A stretch of DNA of 62,428 bases, the filler included, from Sphacelaria rigidula (Eukaryota): assembly GCA_964200075.2 (NCBI GenBank). It is 8 parts of 8 records of this genome, joined end to end, with 100 filler letters (N's around TTAATTAATTAA, not from the genome) between each part and the next. Parts side by side here need not be neighbours in the genome. Positions count along the whole stretch, not along the records: positions 54,714 to 62,428 come from CAXNAA020013694.1; 7 more parts are not named here. The stretch is one strand, 5' to 3'. Of the stretch, positions 57,401 to 62,428 are shown piece after piece (within the stretch, counting starts at the first letter, position 1; each line of letters starts with the position of its first letter). The notes beneath the pieces are model-generated. The model searched no databases. It was not told the DNA's origin and saw only the letters and a list, made by a program, of their open reading frames with translations. Made by a program: the position numbers and the translations under genes.

Positions 57401-58757
57401 TATTCCCCCCCTGCCTCCCCCCCTTTTTTCTGCGCCTGGTCCGCGAATACCCCGCGTGCGGGCACGCCAGGTGTTCGCGGACCAGGTGCAGAAAAAGGGG
57501 GGGGAGGGATATTCTGAGTCACTTTTTGAAGGAAGGGGCCAGTTTGAAACATCGCCTAAAGCATAAGATCTCCTTCGGATGCCCGTAGTATTCAATATAA
57601 TACACGTCCATCATGGGTATGTGAGGTCGTGTAGTACATGCGTGACCCCTCTTTCTTCGTGCAATCAACCCCGCTCCTCCCTATGAGCAGGACATCTTGG
57701 TCTGCAAGTGGCGCTGTAGTCCAGTAGTGGCAAAACGTGGGTGGTTTGTTGCACCTACCCTTCTGCCGTGTGCCCTGGACTGGGCCAAACATGACGTCAA
57801 GCGGACAAGCTTTTTTTGTTTGTTTTGCACATGCCATTCGTGCCGCGGACGACTCCTACACCTCTGCGCCGACAATAGAGTGGACAGCGTAACCGATACC
57901 ATTTCCGTGCACTATGGGACACATATGACGTTGTCGTCAAAACTCAAGATCGCTTTCAGCAAGCGAGGATTCATGTGCGAGTACCACATGAAGCACAGAG
58001 TGTCCGGCCTGAGACGAGTATTGTCTGATGACTTTGCTGTTGGCACCGTACTGTGCTTGTAGAGCGCACACTACAACGTGTCGCTGATCGTTTACACCTG
58101 ATCTGTTACACCTGACCAAAAGCCGCGATGTGCGTTACAGGGCATGCTTGAGCCCCGTTGCAGCTTCGGGAGAGCGGGGCGTATACTTGTGTGGCCGTTG
58201 TCGCCATGTCTCGTGCACGGTATGCCACGGTTTTTCTTGTTTTGGTTTTACATGTGACGGTACATCATGTGACCGTTTTATGGGTGACGGAACAAATGTA
58301 ACGTGCTGCGCTAGGGATGTTGTACCATGAAAGGTGCCCGTGTGTTATATGTAGATAGTTGCTCCGAGTGGCGCCTTGAATGCGTTGATGCAATTTCACT
58401 TACTTCTCCCCCAGCGTGTGGCGAGTAAAAGATGACCTGACCACACCGGGAGGCGTGTCTTGTATGCGCGCGTCATGTGGTTACGCGTTTTGGTTTTGTA
58501 CTCTTCCCGCAACCATGGCCGTCTGTCTGTGCATGAGGAAGCGTCTGACCTAGCGATCGCGGGGAATACTTTCAGGAATAGTTGGAGAATCGTAGGCACA
58601 ATTTTGATCATATTCCCCCCGATCATGACGTTTTGTTCCTCCCCTAAGTAAGCGCGCTCCCTCGATCCTCCCCACCAGTCTTGCGCAAATGCTGACGCCT
58701 CATGTCTGTTGCTCCTCATCGCGTTGTGTGGTTGGAAAATCTTCGTGCTACGGTCAG

Positions 58758-59113
58758 TGCCGGTGGACGTCTACATCGTCGGAGGCTACCTGGGGGAAAC
58801 CATCGCGGACAACTTGTCCCAAACGCTGCTTTCCACCCTTCACTCGTCTCAGCACTCCTTCCGAGTGGTCTTGGCGTGCATTTCCGCACTCAACTCGCTT
58901 CGCCGTACACGTACCAGCAGTAATATCAACGCGAGTGACGGGAATAGCATCGGTACCCGCGAATCCTGGGTGCCAAGGCGGACAAGCTTAGCGGTAGACA
59001 TGTCCAGCGGGCGGGCTTTTCCGGTTAGGTTCGAAGGCGACGGCCGAGGTCCTGGCTTCCTGGTGCGCGGCGCGTTGCACATGGCCGAGCCACGAGAAGA
59101 GGCTTTCGCTGAG
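58758..59113 (+). CDS. NTAN1: Protein N-terminal asparagine amidohydrolase, internal exon
   Basis: gtcag|tg PVDVYIVGGYLGE...LLSTLH...VVLACISALN...LAVDMSSGRAFPVRF...RGP...R...|gtagga. Parallels NTAN1 LEVHLVGGF...LC+..LN...IAVN..T..I..A.F..RGP. A weak possible upstream exon lies at 57207-57266. Confidence 0.85.
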
Positions 59114-59308
59114 GTAGGACAGCGACGCATCCGTGTGTGGAGTGTGAAGTAGAATAGTGACACTGCATCGGAAGTTTCTTGGCCTCCTTTTTGTATCTCG
59201 CGAGTTGCGGGGCTGGGTTTTCGTTGTGCTAGATTCTTACGACGTGGGCCCAGTATCTTCTACGCTCTTTCTCGTTGACCTCTTCATGATCTGATTTTTT
59301 TTCGGTGG

Positions 59309-59783
59309 GGGTGTCCGTCCGATCCATGCGTCGGACAGATCATGGTCATGATTTGTCTGAAATGAGTAAAAAAAGGAGATTCTTGAATCCGTTGGTCCGA
59401 AAAAATACGAAATATGTGACCGCGAAGTCAGAAAAGCCAAAGCGCAGCCTTTGCGCTACTCGGCGTGCTCGGCGTCCGGCGCTGTAGGGAGCAAACATGT
59501 CAAAGGGGGGCCAAATGATCCGGATCATGATCCGGATCAGTATACTGCACACCCTGGACAATATATGGTCAATAGATGCAATATACAAGAAGTGTACTGC
59601 ATAAAGTATGGGCCTATTGCAACTATTGCCGGCCGACAATAGTCGCAATAGGCCCATACTTTATGCAATACGTTCCTTGTATATTGCATCTATTGAACAT
59701 ATATTGTCCAAGGTGCTGTATACTGAGAAGAAGTAATTTTCAGAGGGATCATGATCTGTCCGACGTGTGGACCGATCCGACCC
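59309..59783. mobile_element. GATC-rich TIR element in the NTAN1 intron, with a nested palindrome
   Basis: Outer inverted repeat ...CCGATCCATGCGTCGGACAGATCATG / CATGATCTGTCCGACGTGTGGACCG. Confidence 0.6.
59537..59726. repeat. Near-perfect ~190-nt inverted repeat (arms ~90 nt, ~8-nt loop)
   Basis: TCAGTATACTGCAC...TGGACAATATATGGTCAATAGATGCAATATACAAG...TGCATAAAGTATGGGCCTATTGCAACTATTG [CCGGCCGA] followed by its reverse complement, ending GTATACTGA. Confidence 0.93.
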
Positions 59784-60097
59784 GAACAGAACCGTTTGAC
59801 TTGCTGGGTTCATATCCCTTCCCGGACCTTCCTCAGAACAGAAAGGTTCCATCTCTACGACCATGATGGTTTGTATCGAGCGATACCTCTGTAGCTGCAC
59901 CTTCATGGTGGTAGATAATATCTGCACGAGAAATCTGCACGATCTGTACAAGGAATCTACGCGAGAAATGCATCACACGAAGCACATCGTTCAACTTTTG
60001 GAAGAGGGAATAAGTCATCGCGCGTCCAACACGTCAAGACATGTACGCGTTCCTCCTCGCGACTGTGTGCCCGTTCGTCGAAAACCTCAACACACAG

Positions 60098-60412
60098 ATA
60101 TATGACGCATCATCAGATAGCATAGTGGTCATGCCCTATCGCCTGAGGGTGAATCCCACGGCGTTGAAAAGCCTCCTCGCCCTGCCCGATCGAGACCTAC
60201 TGGCTGTCAGTTCCACGTCCCCAGAAACAGAGGACCCTAGGTTCGTTCGAGATGTGAGGGCGGTGTATTCCTTCGTGCTGGAGCACGCGGGGGAAAACAG
60301 GCGAGGGTGGTTGGAAAGTGTGTTTGGAGGCGGTGACGGCAAAGCCCTCGTCTTTCCGAGAGGAGCAGGCGGTGGTGGTGATGGCAGAGAAGGACGAGGG
60401 AAAGGGACGTGA
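60098..60412 (+). CDS. NTAN1: Protein N-terminal asparagine amidohydrolase, last exon
   Basis: cacag|IYDASSDSIVVMPY...LPDRDLLAVSSTSPETEDPRFVRDVRAVYSFV...*. Matches NTAN1 IYD......PY...D..IL...STSP..E.P.FV...R....F. Confidence 0.88.
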   Translation: MYDASSDSIVVMPYRLRVNPTALKSLLALPDRDLLAVSSTSPETEDPRFVRDVRAVYSFVLEHAGENRRGWLESVFGGGDGKALVFPRGAGGGGDGREGRGKGT

Positions 60413-60529
60413 TCGAGAATGGACCAAGGTTTTCGTGAGATTGAGAGTCTAGCTTCGGACTGAGAGCGAGCTGTTTAGCCTACATAGTCGGGCGGACATT
60501 TTTCGGGATGCATCGTATTATGAAAAAAC

Positions 60530-60655
60530 TCCAATGCTGGCCGTCCTCCTGTGTGACCCCGGCTGATGCGCCCACATATGCTCGAAGGTGTAGACGGGCG
60601 TCCAGGAAAGATGGGATGACAACACAACACAACACAACACAACACAACACACAAC
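60530..60655 (-). repeat. Dispersed repeat family F copy with an (ACACA)n tail
   Basis: CCTCCTGTGTGACCCCGGCTGATGCGCCCACATA...CCAGGAAAGATGGGATGACAAC followed by (ACACA)n. Confidence 0.8.
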
Positions 60656-60971
60656 TACAGGTGATCATAACCTGCTCGACGTCCAGCGATGCATTCATGA
60701 GAGGAATGTTCCGATGGTTGGTGTGCTCATTCAACTTCGTTCTATTTATAGTTCAACAAAACGAACAGTTCCCTGTTGTTACTCATCACTGTCTCATTAA
60801 ATAATGGGAACACACGAAAACAGCGTGTTTCTAGTCAACGTTTACACTCAAACAGAAGCAAGACTCTCGATCTCACGAAACCTTGTTATGTGTGTTGTTG
60901 ACATATTACAGTACAATGAGGCAGGAATTTCGAGTTTTTTCGGGAGGGAAAATGCTTCAAGAGGCGGTGGT

Positions 60972-60977
<6 letters not shown>

Positions 60978-61017
<40 letters not shown>
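60978..61017. repeat. (GT)n microsatellite
   Basis: ~20 GT units. Confidence 0.95.
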
Positions 61018-61019
<2 letters not shown>

Positions 61020-61359
61020 ATGTGTGCCTGTGTGCCTGTGTCTCTGACATCTGTGCGTGCTGTTTTGACTTCAGGAGCAAGCTTGAGGGTCGACAGCATA
61101 GCCACAAGGTTCACCTGTTCTACCGGACCGTGAAATGAAGAATGTTTATAAGATTAAAATGCAACGTCAATGAACTGTTTTGGCATGCCATTGTCCAATG
61201 TATTGTATTTTATATCTCGCCATCATTGAGCACGACCACGGCATTCGCGGACTTGAAGTCGGGTGGCTGATGGAGAGACTCGTGCAAATTGCCTGAACAA
61301 GGTAGGACATGATGAATTGATGCACCATCATACCGCGCACTTGCATACAGATGTATGTA

Positions 61360-61810
61360 ACACGGGGTTTTACAGATTTAGGGTGGATTTTTTATTGAGG
61401 ATGAGAAACCCGGATAATTCAAATCTTCGTATCCAAACTAAATCTTCGAAATATATATGCTTCCATTTCTCAACTTGCTGGTAGCTACTGACAACTACTA
61501 TTAAACGCTGTACAAATTTGGATTTCGATAACTGAAATGTTGGGGTCCTAGATGAAAAACTCATTTGGGGGAATTTCGGCGATCTGATTGGATTACCCAC
61601 ATTCCCCAAAAACGTTTCTTCACCTAGGACCCCAACAGGTCAGTTGTCGAGATCCGAATTGTCTCGCGTGTAGTAGCCGTCGATAGCTACCAGTAGTAGG
61701 TGAAGGAGTGGAACGATATTTCGAAGATTTGGTGTGGATACGAAGATTTGAATTCTCCGGGTTCTCCTCCACAATAAAAAAATCCATCCCCAATTTGTAA
61801 AGTCTCGTGT
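61360..61810. mobile_element. Fold-back MITE family A copy, TA-flanked
   Basis: TA|ACACGGGGTTTTACAGATTTAGGGTGGAT ... ATCCATCCCCAATTTGTAAAGTCTCGTGT|TA. Confidence 0.85.
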
Positions 61811-62428
61811 TATGTGAAGTGTCACGTAATTTGCGACCGTGCACCTGCATACAGCACACCCCTGCATATAGATTTATACAACCATCAAAATTCCGATTTC
61901 AGAGTGAAGTTGGTTTCTGTTGCGGGTAAGAATTCGACTAAGCGCTTTTTTGCAACCTGATTCTTGTGACCCGATTCTCGCGATATTTTTTTTGCTAGTT
62001 TTTCCACTCTAAAACCCCCATCAATTTCGGTTTTGGAAATAACTTCGTCAAACAGACACCAAACGCATCCTGCTCCAAGGGGCACCTGGACACACAGCAG
62101 TTGCCGATGCCTACCTAGTATCATCCTCCATACCGAAGTCTTGAGTGAGAACGTCCAGCGTTTGGTGCCCATGTGCTAGGGAGGATGATCTTCATCAACT
62201 GTAAACAGCCGATTTTAAATTTTGGGGTTCAACACTGAAATGGGGCTGAAGTCGCATTTCTCTATTGCAGGGAAGATACGAAAGAGTAACACAGAGCAAA
62301 AGTATCTTCCCTCCCCAAACTGCGCAGGAGGACTTGACCGTCAGACCGCGAGAGTAGGTCACCTGCTGAATCGGCATCAATATTCACTTGGAAAAAGTAC
62401 ACGCGTGGTCCAGATGGACTACGGGTAC

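Noticed and set aside
3062-60412. Functional gene cluster linking DPH1, the BUB1-like gene, the glycosyltransferase and NTAN1
   Set aside because: Each sits on a different contig of a length-sorted concatenation, so adjacency carries no information.

Overview
Eukaryotic, intron-rich genomic DNA. It is most likely from a brown alga or related stramenopile; this is inferred from gene structure, splice signals and repeat content, not proven. The window is not one locus. It consists of eight contigs of 7717, 7717, 7716, 7716, 7716, 7716, 7715 and 7715 bp, joined by identical 100-nt linkers (N44-TTAATTAATTAA-N44), so it is a size-sorted concatenation and most gene models in it are incomplete. Recognisable content: the 3' four exons of DPH1 (contig 1); a decayed Ty3/gypsy LTR retrotransposon (contig 3); a BUB1/MadBub-like spindle-checkpoint gene fragment with CD1, ABBA-like and LxxIxE motifs and an unusual 11-copy coding minisatellite of ABBA-like xxPEIYQD units (contig 4); a CgeB-like / Glyco_trans_1_2 glycosyltransferase gene fragment (contig 6); the 3' exons of NTAN1 with a near-perfect ~190-nt intronic hairpin (contig 8); three unidentified multi-exon genes; many MITEs and dispersed repeats; and a 1-kb AAT/GAT microsatellite. 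No CRISPR, rRNA or tRNA gene was seen.
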